Of a stretch of DNA of 64,000 nucleotides, positions 25,340 to 39,819 are shown one piece after another. A program made the translations under genes and the position numbers. Each line of letters starts with the position of its first letter. Within the stretch, counting starts at the first letter, position 1. The stretch spans positions 347,525 to 411,524 of the forward strand of contig NW_021825194.1 of the NCBI RefSeq assembly GCF_006345805.1. The letters are read 5' to 3'. The stretch is from Octopus sinensis (lineage: Eukaryota). The notes beneath the pieces are model-generated. The model was given only the letters and a program-made list of their open reading frames with translations. It did not search any database and was not told the origin of the DNA.

Positions 25340-26650
25340 GTCATGCTTGATTAGAGTAATTTACTACTGCCACCTCTGGGAGGAGGTGTCTACTCTTCAA
25401 GTTCACTTGCATCTTTCAGTCTGTGATTTGATGAATAATAGAAAACGATCCCTTTCCGTTGCTTTTGGTATAGGAACTTCGTAACCATTTCTTAAGAATC
25501 TGATACCCGTAGGCATTGATTACTTTTATTTATTGGAATTATCTCTCAACACATCCGCCCACTTAGGATTCCTACAAGGAACTTGTGCTTCCACTTACCT
25601 TTGGGCATCCGGTCAAAATGTGGTTCAAGGTGTAAAGAGTTTTTCTAAACTGATTGCAGAATGGTTCTTCTTTCTTGCCCCATATTTTAAGATTATTTGG
25701 GATTGGCAAGACGTCATCGTCGGTACACATTGGAAGGACAATTTTCCCTAGTCATTACTCTAGAGTTCCCTCCTGGATAGTAAGCACTTAAATGCTTGAT
25801 CCCATTGTATTTATTGTTCACTGTTACGCTGCTATCTTCCCCTGTTGAATTGCGGATCCTTTGCAGTATGAGTTCTTCCTTGTCCTTGGCATTGGTATTT
25901 CCCCTTCTCCTGGTGCTCAGTCATAGCCATGTTTGTGAGACTACTTCAACAATTGTCTGGTACTTCCAAAGCGTTTCTGCTTCCTTCACAGTTTCTTGAC
26001 GTTTCCACTTTCTGCCGTCCTTTATGGTCTTGTTTGAATGTCTCATCCTCAAGAGTAATAATGTGCTTTCTGCTCTTGTCTTGGTGGGTTTCAATTACTC
26101 CACTACTGATGAAATTGGCAGGCAGAGCTTAGAGGCCTTGCTGTACAGGCTGACTGAGCTGAAAGTTGGGGTAACGCCCAGCCATCTTCACACGAATTTA
26201 CTGCACGACCTCTATATTGTTTACACCTGAGTCATGGTAAAATCGTAAATCACTGGAAGCTCCATACCTTCAAACTCTCAGGCAGCTGACATTTTATCAA
26301 CTACCGTTAGCCTCTTGTTTACTTGGGTTTTGGTGTCTTTTTGTATTAATATTGTCCTTAAAAGTACGATTGTATCTAATTCTTTTTTTGCTGGTCATGA
26401 AATTTGTCAGACATCTTTTGAGAATAATCAAGCTACGAGATTTTGCTGAACTGAACTTCATACGTGGCCATGGCGTTATCTTCAGCGAGCTCAGAGTCCG
26501 TCCCTTGGGCTGATGGTGTCATAGCCGTTGTATCATCCATAAAATCCTTCTCTACACTTCTCTGAAAGTTCTTAAATCGAGGAGCGACTTCTAATTTCAC
26601 CTGCTTATTTTGTAGTAAGAGACTATATTGTTCCCTTGTGGAAACTACTC
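25340..26650 (-). mobile_element. Probable R4/Dong-like ORF N-terminal remnant
   Basis: Weak motifs (LQRIRN; TVKEAETLWK; VINAYGYQILKKW) in the order expected upstream of the R4 RT; heavily decayed. Confidence 0.4.
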
Positions 26651-26957
26651 CAGCGAAGGAAGCTTTGCTATTGCTGCTGTTATGATTGCTGATGGCAGTG
26701 TAATGGGGTGGTGCTCTGTCGGTGTTATTGTTTTTGTCGCTACTATCATTGTTGTTGTTACTACTGCTGCTGCTGTTGCTGTTTTTGCTGTTATTACTGT
26801 TATTGCTCTTGCGGCTACTGCCACTGCTACTGTTCGTTTTACTTTAGCGCCCTTGCCGCTGAAGCTGCTACCGTTTTTACTTTTTCTAACATTACTACTC
26901 CTGCTGTTGTAACTTTTATTAATATTGATATAGCTGCTGCTTCTACTTCTGCTGCTG

Positions 26958-26998
<41 letters not shown>

Positions 26999-27050
26999 GC
27001 TGCTGCTGCTGCTGCTGCTGCTGTTGTTGTTGTTGTTGTTGTTGTTGTTG

Positions 27051-27084
<34 letters not shown>

Positions 27085-28758
27085 AGTGCTACTGTCGTTT
27101 GCTGTAATAGTAGTGGTACAATTTTTGAGCTTTGAACTTTTAATGATGAAAACATTTCCTTTCTTTCCATCACCATAATGCCACCTTTACTACCATTGTT
27201 GTTGCCGCTATTGTTAATTTTGTTAAAGTTGTTGTTGTTGTTGTTGGCCGGGAAGTGGGGGTGTTACTGCCACTAACGTTTGCCACTATGGTAGTAGTAC
27301 AATTATTTTCACTTTGAACTTTCAACGAGGGAAACACATTCTCCCTTTCCGACAAGGGCAGGATGGTCAGATTTGGAAAGAGGGATTACGAAGGTGTGAA
27401 ACTATAATTTAGACACATGGAATAACTGTGTGGGAAGAGGTCGTAAATGTTTCAGAAACCTGCTTAGAAGCTTCTAAGCTCTCTGCCGGGTACCGATAGG
27501 ATTTCCCTGATGTGCCAGTACAGACAGAGAGGCCATCCAGATCATACTTAGATACAGTAATTGTTTTGTCAGCGGATGCAATAATGTAGGATGTTCATAT
27601 TTGAAACTGGTCAGCTATACAGATCACAAATTTGTGAGCTGTTCAGTTGACTGAGATATAATTCGTAACCCGATTATTGGAAGTTGAATGTGACAAGTCT
27701 GCAGAAACTGGATTAGTGAAATAAGTAGCAGTTGACGAAGCAGACAACAACTGGTAGTGGAATACCTTGAAGATTGGATCAGAGTCGATAGCGTTTGGCT
27801 AAGAACTAGTGAAAGAGATTCAAATAGATTAGAATAGGAATTAATTAGCAATCAACAAGAGACGATTAATAAAGCCATCGTGACTGACATGCTTGCGGAG
27901 AAGATGGCCTTAACCACTCCTTGAATACAAGACATGAAGGGTGCGTCCCCAGAGCTCAGGCCCATGCACTAAAACACAGGATAGTATGCGAGTGCTCTTT
28001 GATGTCCGATTAAAGAATAGGGTAGGGAAGACAATTTGCCTTTGTTTGGTGGCTATTGAGAGAAACGGTTGCGAAGTGAACGAGGTCGAAAGGTATGTGG
28101 TTAGAGACTTTCTTCTTTGGTAGAGCCCTCCTCAACCTTTTCAAGCTTCACTTGTAAAGGAAGTTGAGGGTAGAGAATTTATTGAAAGTTGGGTGATAAT
28201 GGCTAAATAGCTTCTAAATATAAACCCGTAAGCTGAGAACGAAAACTGAACAGGGCACTTACCCTTCTTGTTCAGGGAGATATTCGATGGAGGAGCTCCT
28301 CGATTGGCCCTAGAGATTCTCCTGTATTAGGAAGATTGCATCAGGATTTTTTATGTTGTTAGGAGGATTGCATCATAATTTTTTATGTGCGTGTGTATGT
28401 GCTACGTAATAATTTATGAGGTACACGCAAAACAGAGAGAATCCTTAAATATAATGTATCTATTCATTCTCAAAACATTGATTTATGCATTTTTCTGCTC
28501 GAACAGGTATAATATTATCAACTATTCATACCGCTATGAGTGAAGGTTCTTTTTTTTTTCGGTGGGGTGGGGAGCACGATTAAGTCTGGCTTGGCTAATT
28601 CTCAGGTTGAATTCTGTGTTGTTAAGTATTAAATCAATCCAGGTTTGCATTACACTGGTAAACGACGGCTCTGTTTTTGAGTTTGTGGTAACGAATGAGT
28701 TTTTATTTTTACTGTTGCTACTACTATTACTGTTGCTTCTGCTGTTGCTGCGGCTGCT

Positions 28759-28803
<45 letters not shown>

Positions 28804-28904
28804 ATTGCTGTTATTGTTTCTGTTGCCCTTGTTGTTTGCTCTTATTGCTTCCATTGTTCTAATTGTTTTTAGAAAAGTAATAAGAGGAGGAGGAGGGGGA
28901 AGAG

Positions 28905-28972
<68 letters not shown>

Positions 28973-29873
28973 GAAGAAGAAGAAGAAGAGAAGAAGAAGA
29001 AGAAATTAGAATACGAGAGAACGAAACAATGAATAAGAAAAAAATTGTATATCTTCTTTACATCTCATCAATGGCAGTACACCCATCCCCTCCAAAACAA
29101 GTAAAATAGTCGCTGCTTCAAAGATTCTACAGTCATTTGTTTCGAAGAATCATCCGTTTAACAGGAGCGGCTGAACTTTTGTTCATTCACTTCTTGCATT
29201 TATTTTTAAAACCAACATAAATGACAAAAGCATGAGGCATGTTGAGCTGGACAAGACCCACTTACTATTTTAAATTACTCACATGCTCTAAATGTTTACC
29301 TTTTTTCTGTTTAATCGGAGCTTTTCTTCGTATATTTGGTTGCGGATTTTCGGTTTTACGATTTTACTCCTACTCATCCATCTTCACCTCTCCTCCTACC
29401 TTTTTCTTCTTTGTCTCCTTCAATACAGCGAGATACAACAATTTCACTCTGTATCGACCACTCGTATCATCGCTTGCGTCGACAAGAGTATCAGAAATAA
29501 CATTACCATCATACTTCATGACATCACTGCTGCCACAATTTACATTGATACACCCATCATCACAATTGAGGACATTAAACAGCATGTTTAACAGTGCGCT
29601 TGTACTAATGCCATCATCAGGCTCAGCATTACTGTTAATGGGTCTATCACTAGACCCATTACCACCTTTCCTATTATAATCAATAGTCTCAACATTAGTT
29701 CCATCGACATTATCATCACCACACCATAATCAAGATAATTACCACAACCATAACTACCATGTTTTCCATTGAAATGATTCAATTTCACTTTGATTTTAGT
29801 CGCCTTCAACAAGATTACACTCACCGCTCCTCTCAGCATCATGTCTCACGGCAGCCAATGGCACCGTAGCATC

Positions 29874-30200
29874 TTAACTCTTTCAAGCTGGATGGTACAA
29901 ATAAAGTACCATTTATTTGTATCAGTTTAGTGAGTGGTGGTACATAATTCATACTGAAACTTAAAATTCTTTTCGCTGCATGGTCGGTAGCTCAGAAAAC
30001 GTACCCCTTCATCTATCAGCCAATCAGAAGTCACCCTTCCATCTGGCAAGAATTTCTGCGACACAAACGGAATATTTTTTCAGTTGAATCCATTTTGTGC
30101 CAAAGGTCAATCGACGAAAAAGCAAGAGTGCAAATTTTTGCCCTTCCAGAGTTTTTTTTGTTTTTTTTTGGCCTATCTATCTCGTCTCTGAAAGACTTAA
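29874..30200. mobile_element. Possible TTAA-flanked (piggyBac-type) MITE
   Basis: TTAA-ctctttca ... tgaaagac-TTAA (7/8 inverted match). Confidence 0.3.
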
Positions 30201-31737
30201 AAGAGATAAGATGCCTATGATAATATGGTCCTATGTTTGAATAAAATCTGGAATGGCGCTATGTTTGAATAAAATCTGAAATGATCACAACAGAGACGCT
30301 AGCACTACCAGACCCTCAAATTAAATCTTTTGTTGATAACGAAATGAAGTCGACTGATTTAATGAGTATACCATTCATATTTTAAAGTAGTTTTCCAGCA
30401 TTCCTCTATATCGGTGAAACTAGTTTTTTACTCTTTGGTTTGTATTGAAATGAAGCAATCAAAATATCATTTTCATCTTTTATCCTGATTTCTGATTTGC
30501 AAAAAAGGAAGAAAGAAAAGTCTTATGCTGGCTGTTGGTTCTTAACCCCAGATCAGCTCTGAGGTAGACGACTTATGTTGAAAAGTGCCTTACAGAGGCC
30601 ACTCTTTTTATTTCAAGCATTGTGCATCAAGTAAGATCTTTTTTAAGATGATAGAATGTGATTTCAAGAAGATTTGGCAACTATTTCTTGCAGACAGAGC
30701 GACCAATTAAAGGATTTTTTGTTGATTCATTCCGACACATGGTTATAGTTTTAGGAAACTCAAACAACTGGAAAATTTAAGAAGTATATTTTAAGTAACA
30801 ATGTGAAGTAAGAAGTACATTTTAGGAAACAATTTATAGAATAGTACCGGGAGTATACTTCTTATATCCATAAACCTATAAATTATCGGTCCGTCATATT
30901 AATATAAGACGCATTTCTGTAAAGGATATGTAAAGATGACTGCATATCATCTCAAGTCATATCAGGTACTTATGCTATTAGTCCAGAAGGAATGAAATCT
31001 ACTCGATGTCCTTCGAAATCAAAACATTCAGAAATGAAGCTTAGTACCATATGAGATTTTTTCCAGGCATCTATGATATTTCTACTACTATCCCTTTGAA
31101 AACAAAACTGCTACAATGAAGTTTCAAAATTGGATTTCTCAAAGACAACTTTTTTAACAACCTAGGTCTAGAGGTATACCATCTAAGGAGCGATGTATAT
31201 ACTACTGACAAGCACTCACACTATGAGTGAGTTCAAAGAAAGTCTTCACTTATCCATTCTACACCTTTGCTAAATCATTAAGTACAGATTCTAAGGTTCG
31301 AAGCAATAAATCAGGAAATGATCGGAATATTTTAGCACATTTTCACATGTACACACTATACAAGGAAACAACATTTTGACAAAGTGGATTTGACGTTTTC
31401 ATTCATAGTCAAGGTGTGGGTGTAAAACGCTTTTATCTAGTAGATGAGAAATAAATAAATAAATTACCAAATGTGTGGACAATAATTTCTTGAAGAGAAT
31501 AAAATCGATAAATTCCATTTGGAAGGTTTCGTACAGAAAAAGAAAAAAATAACAGCTCTATTAACAAATGAATGACTCAAATCAAAACAGGAGAGATAAA
31601 AAAGAGATACTGAGGTAACGATAAATTTGTTCCAGATGCAATCTGATGTCAGATGATTTGTTAAAGAACCATCTTTTACTTTATGGTTGGAGTGAGAGGA
31701 ATTACGTTAAATAAACGTAATATAATCTCTCTCTCTT

Positions 31738-31789
<52 letters not shown>

Positions 31790-32193
31790 TCATGTCTATA
31801 TCTTATGTGTAAGCATTAAAGGATATCTAATGCCCTTTTAGAATGTCTTGGTACACACAAACACACAGGCAAACTACTACTCTGATACAGTTGTGTATGT
31901 GCGCAAATATCTTATTTTCTATGATATTCCATCTAAAAAAATCTCTTCGAATCTATGTGGATGAATATATGGTTGTCTGTAAATATATTTGCCCGAATTT
32001 GAGTTTAGTGGGAGATTTGAAGTCTAATAAGAGTAGGTATATAACGTGAATTGAAAACGACCGTATGGCCTAATTCGCCTGTGTGTTGGTTTGGGAGAAC
32101 AGTTTCTTATGTATCTTCACCAGCCGATTCGCTACTTCCAATTCTGAATACATTACCTTAACCAGGCTTCCTGAAGTATATAATATCAACAGT

Positions 32194-33661
32194 AATAATA
32201 AGGATTATTACGAAGTGGTATAGCATTACTTTTAATTCTATGTATACAGCTTTACATAGACCAACACACGTTTCAACTGCAACGATTAGTAAACGTTGTA
32301 ATTGCAACCCTACAATAATACCGGTGCAATTTTGTAATATTTATGGTTTATTGAAAAATACTTTTTAGTTGCTAAATTGAACAATTTGCAAAAATTATAA
32401 TTTACTTGTTTACCAAATGGAATAACTAACCGTAAAGTATTTTTCGAGTTAAAATCATAACCTTGATGGTTATACCCGTTTTTCGAAGGCGTAAGTATTC
32501 TTTGATTTCGATTGACAATCGAAAAGTATTTTCCAATAAATCATAAATATTGTAGAATTTTTAATAAGCATAAGATTCGCATGGCTTATTGTAGCAGCAA
32601 AAATATTGCACAAATTTTAGCAATACGTAACATAAAAGTAATATCGAAATTTCAAAAAGGCTATTATAATCAGAGTAGCATAGTAAATATTCAGAATAAT
32701 AATGTCTAGCAGAATAAACTTTTTTAAAAAATCAAATAGAAGAGAACGCTAAGAATTTAAAAGTCGCGGAAAGGGGAAATAACCCAATTTAACATAGTAA
32801 CGTTGAATCGAATAAAAATTCAGCTCGAAATAGAATAAAGATGACGTTATCTAAAAGAGTAAATAGCGATAAAGATGGAAATGAATTTGATTTTACCATG
32901 AATGATCAAATCAAAACCAAATCTGAGAGAAATATATAAAAAATTATCTTTGCAATTGTTCTAAACAGGAATCCTGCTATGTGAAAAATAAATGTAAGAC
33001 TCAAAATGTTGGATATAGATGTAAAGTTACATCTGAGGGTAAGGAATACTTAAACATCGGTGAGACATCAGTAATTTTCAAGAGGAGACTGGCAAATGAT
33101 CTGAGTTCATTTAGAGATAAAAATAAATTATTTTAAACAAGACTTAGTAAATTATTAATCTGATCTATTAAAGACAGAATCAAAGACTATACTATCAATT
33201 GGGAATTAATTTGTACTGCAGAACCATACAGACCTGGAATTAAAAAATGTGACCTATGTTTAGAAAAATTTTACCAAATTTTTACATCTAAAAGTAATGT
33301 ACAAGAACAAGCTTTGTACAGGAACAACCTCTGAGGTGCTTGCACATGAGGAATTTCACATCTGCCCCAGTATAAATAATAACAAAGATTTAAACAACAG
33401 AATGTTTTGAAAGTGATTATCCAATCAAAACTTGAATTGAAGATAGTTCGCGCCGAACTTAACGAACAACTCTACAGAATAGATAATCGAAAGACTTCAA
33501 TTAAAGTAAAGACCTTCAAGAAATTGCATCGGTATTATTGTAAGGGTTCAATTGCAACGATTACAAATCGGTACAGTTGAAACGTGAAGGTCTATGTAAA
33601 GTTGTATATATAAAAAGAATTAAAGGTAATGTTATGCCACTTCGTAATAATCCTTATTATT
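32194..33661 (+). mobile_element. Penelope-like 3' fragment bounded by ~140-bp inverted repeats
   Basis: ORF 32512-32709 KYFPINHKYCRIFNKHKIRMAYCSSKNIAQIL, then RPYRPGIKKCDLCLEK (~33220-33270). Arms 32194-32332 and 33521-33661 are inverted and diverged. Confidence 0.8.
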
Positions 33662-33899
33662 ATTGTTCATGTGTGTGTGTGTGAGAGAGAGAGTGTGTGT
33701 ATGTGTGTATACATGTATGTATGTATGTATGTATGTATGTATGTATGTATGTATGTAGTATGTATGTATGTATGTATGTATGTATGTATTACGTATGTAT
33801 GTATAGTTGACTGTTCCGTTAAGGGAAGATCAATAAAAAGTACTCCATGCAGTGAGAGATAAATATAATTTAACGTACACCATATTAAGATACGAGCTG

Positions 33900-34950
33900 C
33901 TAATAGTTTCTTGTTTGGGAGACGAGAGTCTCAGCAGGTTTATATAATGTGTTTCCAAGCAATCTGCAGTCTGAAGATTGCTTGGAGACTCTCACCAAAC
34001 AAAAGTTCATAGTCTTCATCACAAGCGATGCATTTACACCATCATCAAACCCAAATAACTATTCCTCTTTAAAAAATATAGGGAAACACTGCTGTGCCCA
34101 CTTCATCACAACCTCTATCAGCAAATCCTTGTCCCCAGATTCGGGCTATACGGTGGATGGGGAGCCATTGACCACCCCAATTTTCCCACTGTATGAATTT
34201 TTGCCAAAAACGTGTGTGATTGCGCAACGACAGTGAATGAAAATCCTCTACAAATTCTATGTCTAAGGCTTTTCAAAGCTTTTAAAGTATCACGCGAATG
34301 TATCACTCGCTGTTCATACAGATACGTTCAAAAAATCAAGAAGTATGTGTCCTTGTCATCCCCCAAAAATGACTTTCTGCACAGATTGCTGACTTTTGAA
34401 CTGTTTAGGTATCGGAGAAAATGTGTGCCGACACTTTATAAACTGAGCCTTCGTTTCTGAATCCTAGAGCGTCCACGTTTCATCCCGTTCTCTTCCCCTG
34501 TCAACAGATAATAAAAACTGTTATCTTCATTGACTTCAAACGGTTTCAGCATATCATATCAGACTTCCATCCTTCACGCCTTCAAATCAGGTGTCAATTT
34601 TCTCTCACTTTCTGATACTCAAAGTTTTCCATAATCTTCTGTAATGTACTGCAGTCTAAAGTCCATTTGCGCAGCACGTTTGAAGACTGACTCTCTAACC
34701 ACGCAAATCAATTCGTCCACTCGTGCGCAGTTCGTATCACTAGTCGCAGTTGATGGTTTCCCATTGCATGGTTTGTCTTTTATACTCGTTTCCACTTCTT
34801 TAAACTTCATTCATCTGTGCGTGTTGCTCTTCTCAGTACTGTCATCTTCGTAAACAACCCGTTGCTCTCTGCGGAGGTCAGAGTTCTCTTCCTTCTAGAT
34901 TCAATGACGCCATATCACTTCTGCTTGGAACCCATTATCTATCTGCAATG
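33900..34950 (-). mobile_element. Mariner transposase remnant
   Basis: ORF 34118-34306 ...KLGWSMAPHPPYSPNLG (mariner YSPDL motif); ORF 34619-34810 IKDKPCNGKPSTA (HTH linker region). Confidence 0.75.
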
Positions 34951-35337
34951 AAGAACAGAGAGAAAAGACAACAAAGAGGAGTTACTTTACCAGCATGTGG
35001 AATTTAAGAAACGTTCATCCCATAATTAGGACAAAGTCATTATTTAATGATTTATCAGTGGCCACCATACTAAAATACTATAATGGTTAATTCATTTTAA
35101 AATTACAGTAATAGCATAGAATAATTACAACACTAGTCTGCTTGAAGTAGACTCCAAATGGTCTAAGTACCGCTTAGATTATTAGCCCTCTACCACTCGG
35201 CGAGGGAAATAGACAGCCGTTCATTTTCCTAGCTTACAATCTTTTGGTATTGGAATAGTAAAGTTGTTCCTAGACCATTTGGAGGTCTACTTCTAGCAGA
35301 CTGGCGTTGTAGTTGTAATTATTCAATGCCCACATTG

Positions 35338-35444
<107 letters not shown>

Positions 35445-35456
35445 ATATATGTATGC

Positions 35457-35504
<48 letters not shown>

Positions 35505-35513
35505 ATATATGTA

Positions 35514-35616
<103 letters not shown>

Positions 35617-35698
35617 AAAAGTTGAGTTGTGGGGTATCGCACGAGTGGGATTATATAAGAAAAAAGGTTTGAAAATGCAATTTAAACGATGTTTATTT

Positions 35699-35739
35699 AC
35701 TTAACCGGTTTCACTCTTTGGTAAAAGATTGTCAAAAGT
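35699..35739 (-). ncRNA. Degenerate minimal hammerhead-like motif
   Basis: ACTT-TTGACAA-TCTTT-TACC-AAAGA-GT-GAAAC-CG-GTT-AAGT; palindromic AACCGGTT; two core substitutions. Confidence 0.4.
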
Positions 35740-35769
35740 TACATTTAAGGAAACATTGAATAATATGGG

Positions 35770-35976
35770 TTCAAAAAAAGTTTTTTACATAATGTCACAT
35801 TGAGTATTATGCATTCAAAAAGGTTTTTACATAATTGTCACATTGAGTATTATGCATTCAAAAAGGTTTTTACATAATTGTCACATTGAGTATTATGCAT
35901 TCAAAAAGGTTTTTACATAATTGTCACATTGGATATTATGAATTCAAAAATGTTTTTTTATACATATTGTCACATT
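35770..35976 (+). repeat. 43-bp minisatellite, ~4.8 copies
   Basis: Unit ttcaaaaaggtttttacataattgtcacattgagtattatgca at 35770, 35814, 35857, 35900, 35943. Confidence 0.95.
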
Positions 35977-36459
35977 ACATGTATAGATATAGTGTTTGGT
36001 AACAGAGAAGTTCAATAGTGTGATGAGAATATTTGGGAAAATTTGGCAGAAAAGGATAAAACAAATATATTATTGGGAATTGGTTGCGTTAATTATTGGT
36101 TGTCGCAAATTGTCACATTACATGTATATATATACAATCTTCGGTATATATATACAGCCTTTTGACAGCAAAAATTAGAATGGCTTTTTTATACATCTCA
36201 GAATATTTTAAGTACAAGGCGAGAATATGTTTTTACTGACCTGTTGGGATTAGCAGAAAGGCTGAACTGAGAGAACAGAGGAAGTAGCCAATGTGGTGTA
36301 TATATATATATATATACATATAATTAATCAATATAATTTTTAATTTTCTCCTGGTTTACGGAATTAATGTTATTTTGCGGTTGAAGCTTTGGCTGTTATT
36401 TCTAGTGGGTGAATGGCCTATTATGGCCGTTCCTTGATTGTGATATATATACATATATA

Positions 36460-36575
36460 TATTTCCGTCTACCAAATCCCCTTACAAGGCTTTGGTCGGC
36501 TCGAGGCTATAGTTGAAGACATTCGACCAAGGTGCCACGCTGTGGGACTAAACCCTGACCTATGTGTTTGGGAAA
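36460..36575 (-). mobile_element. Degenerate SINE family A 5' half
   Basis: ttccgtctaccaaatcc...ggctttggtcggctcgaggctatagttgaagac...ccaaggtgccacgc. Confidence 0.7.
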
Positions 36576-37473
36576 CAATCTTACGTATCAGACGTGTTGC
36601 CTTGGACTTCGCGTTTTAACTATCAGCTTATTCGAACTTCAAATCACAGTTAATTCGAATTTTACAATAAACCTTACTCTTCTGCGAGTATTAAGATAAT
36701 CAGTAAATGCTATTCTAAAACTAGCCTTCAAATAATGGTCTTAATTTTACACACATACACACACGCCCAGACAGACACACAAACACATACACACACAAAT
36801 GCAGATGGATATGCAGATAGATATAAAGACAGTCAGATAGACAGATAGATATACATACCATATACATAAACGAATACAGATATATATAGTCTGTTGTGTC
36901 TGGGGAGAGTCATTCTCTTTTAATGCCTTATTATTTAACACACTCACCGGTAAAATTTCCACTTATTTCCTTCTTTATTTTTCTAAAATTTTCGTTGCGT
37001 CTTGCAACCTTTTCAATAGTCTTGTCTTTGTCCGTTATTTACACTGCGTTCCCTTTTGTTTGTTTGTGCGCATGCGTGTGAGTCAGTGTGTTTGTGTGCC
37101 TATACATGCATACATGTACGTATGTATGTGTGTGTGTGTTTGCATGTGTATGTATGTATATATGTATGTATGCATATGTATGTACGTGTGTGCATCTGTA
37201 TGTACGTATCCTGCATATTTATGTGCTTGTCTGTCCGTGTTTGTGTATTTTCTATATATGTGTGAGCATGTGTTTGTATATGTATGCACCTCTGTCCCCT
37301 TGTGTGTGCATATCTCTATGTGTGTGTGTTATGCAACAATGTACCATGTTTGTATGTATGGATGTGCATCTTTATATGTGTGGATCCGTGTCTCCATATG
37401 TGTCTGTTCTTGTAACCTATGTGCCTATCTGTCTGTATGTTGATCTGTTTATTTACATATCTAAATGTTTACA

Positions 37474-37866
37474 TCTTTATATATAAAAGAGAGGTTGTGT
37501 GCTGTCTGTCTCCTACGATTTAGATTCCTAACTACTCCCACATTTTGCGGTGCAGTTTAACCAAAACCGAGTATCTTATAGTCGTGATTCATATCGAGCC
37601 CTTCTGGATATTAGCGCGCGTCTACGATGAGTCTACGATTTAAAAAGAAAATTACCATAAATGTTTCACATTTTTAATGCATTTTTGGCATATATAAGGG
37701 AAGTAACTCTCTAAAAATTTATTAAATCTCAGAATGTAAAAAGCTACAGTAACATCCCCTCTTTGTGGTTAGCCATATTGAAATGGCTATTATACTTTAC
37801 ATCTCTAAAAATGCTTATATAGTTATTTCCCTTACAAACCCGAGCAACGCCGGGCGATACTGCTAG
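37474..37866 (+). mobile_element. Non-autonomous Helitron
   Basis: 5' A|TC start; 3' hairpin CCCGagcaacgcCGGG followed by CTAG|T; second copy at 63416-63792. Confidence 0.85.
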
Positions 37867-38639
37867 TACAGAATAAAAAATAAAAATGAAAAAATATAAA
37901 AAATAAAAATTAAAAATTAAAAATTAAAAAAGAATAAAAAAAATAAAAAAATAAAAATATAAAATATATTAATAAAAATATATTAAAAAATAAAAATAAA
38001 AAATAAAAAATATAACAAAAAATAATAATGATTATAAAAAAAGGCATACATACATTTATCTACCTAACAGTCCACTAACTATTCTACTCTACCTGTGTAA
38101 GCTGTGGGTATGGAGGTATGGTATTTATTGTGTATATTTCATATTTAATATTGGGGAAGTTTCATTTATTAGGTCGTACTCCCGTATTTGTCTGAGTAGA
38201 TACATAGACACACACACATATACATATATATACTATATACATACTTACACACACATACACATGCATCTTTGTATGTATATATGTATGTATGGATGGATGG
38301 ATGGATGGATGGATAGATGGGTGCATGGATGGATGGATGTATGCATATATGTATATCTTTTATTAGGTAAGGAAACACTATTGGTTGAAAATAACATTCT
38401 GTATATTTTAACGTGTATATATACTATAGAAAGCTACAAAACTTCGGTATTCATCACGAGACAACATCTCGTGTGTACATATATGGCTAAAAAGCACAAA
38501 AGCATATCAGTAACAGATGAAAAATGTCCAGCAGGCGCGGTGGAATTGCTGAATCTAGATTTCTTCTTCCTTCAGCGTCACCAGTAGCAACACATGCTTA
38601 GGCAAATTTCACTTCTACTGATATAGAAAAACAGTGAAT

Positions 38640-38800
38640 CGCTGGCATCTCAAATAACCGGCAGGCTGAATAAAAACTATCAGGACGAAAGTAGTATGAA
38701 AGGTTATGCTATCAAGGTTGTCAAAGCCCTTCCCATGGATGATATAGTCTCTTTGGGAGGAATCTGGAATATAAACAAAACCGATATGCAATTTGGTTAG
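38640..38800 (+). repeat. Fragment homologous to ~23480-23600 (R4-like element region)
   Basis: gtatgaaagg...gt.aaagcc.t.cc..tggatgat.tag...t.tttgggagg.atctggaat shared between both sites. Confidence 0.6.
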
Positions 38801-39434
38801 ATGCGAGAGGAAAAAGTGATATATTCGTCATTGTAAATAAAGGATGGTCATCGCAAATTGTATCCTGCAATTTATCCTTTATCATTCATCGGAATGCCAA
38901 AGGTTTGTCTCTCAGAAAATTCCATGCTGAAGATCATGCTTCCACATATGAAAGCGCAGATGAAAAAGTGGGAGATTTTGCATCGGGACCTGAAGGAAGT
39001 GCTATCTCATAAATCCATCGTTAAGGGGGATTTCTTCGCAAAAGTCGAAAAAGGGTGACAGAGCAAGAAACGGTGGAAAATTTGGATTAAAAGAGAAAAA
39101 TGAAAGAGAATACTTATTCACTATCGCAGAAGGGGTACATCTACTAGAAACAGACAGTAATGCCAAAATTTCGTGCAAAGTAAGAACAGGATTGAAATCG
39201 TTTGCTTCGCTTAAAGATGTAATCAAAGCACAAACCCCGCGTGTCAATCTCTCCAATAATACCATTTTCCCTGTGCATAAATATGCAAGTGAGACATACG
39301 AATGAGGAAAAGCTTTACATGGCGAAATCTTGTCAGCAGCTGAGCACCTTCTTTAGCTACCCACGAACACACAAGAAATCAAAATTAACTGGACACAAAA
39401 GCTGTTCGAAGAGACTAGCAATTGTCTATCTACA

Positions 39435-39541
<107 letters not shown>

Positions 39542-39686
39542 GGCAGTGCTCCAGCATGGCCACAGTCAAATGACTGAAACAAGTAAAAGAATAAAAGAAT
39601 AAAGTATATTAAACATATACATTTACCGAATTTTCTCCAGTGATTAAGAAGCTATCTTTGCAAAAAAACATGATATCGGCCTTCCT

Positions 39687-39819
<133 letters not shown>

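Noticed and set aside
27360-28330. Possible CR1/L2-type LINE remnant (minus)
   Set aside because: Only vague motif resemblance; could not be supported by eye
29239-29842. Cluster of non-microsatellite ORFs as a host exon
   Set aside because: Low-complexity Ile/Thr/His-rich sequence with no recognisable domain or convincing splice sites
32255-32310. Hairpin plus GAAACGTG in the PLE inverted repeat as a hammerhead
   Set aside because: No CUGANGA-like core upstream of the hairpin in either arm
35770-35976. Regularly spaced repeats resembling a CRISPR array
   Set aside because: Head-to-tail 43-bp units with no unique spacers, eukaryotic context and no cas genes
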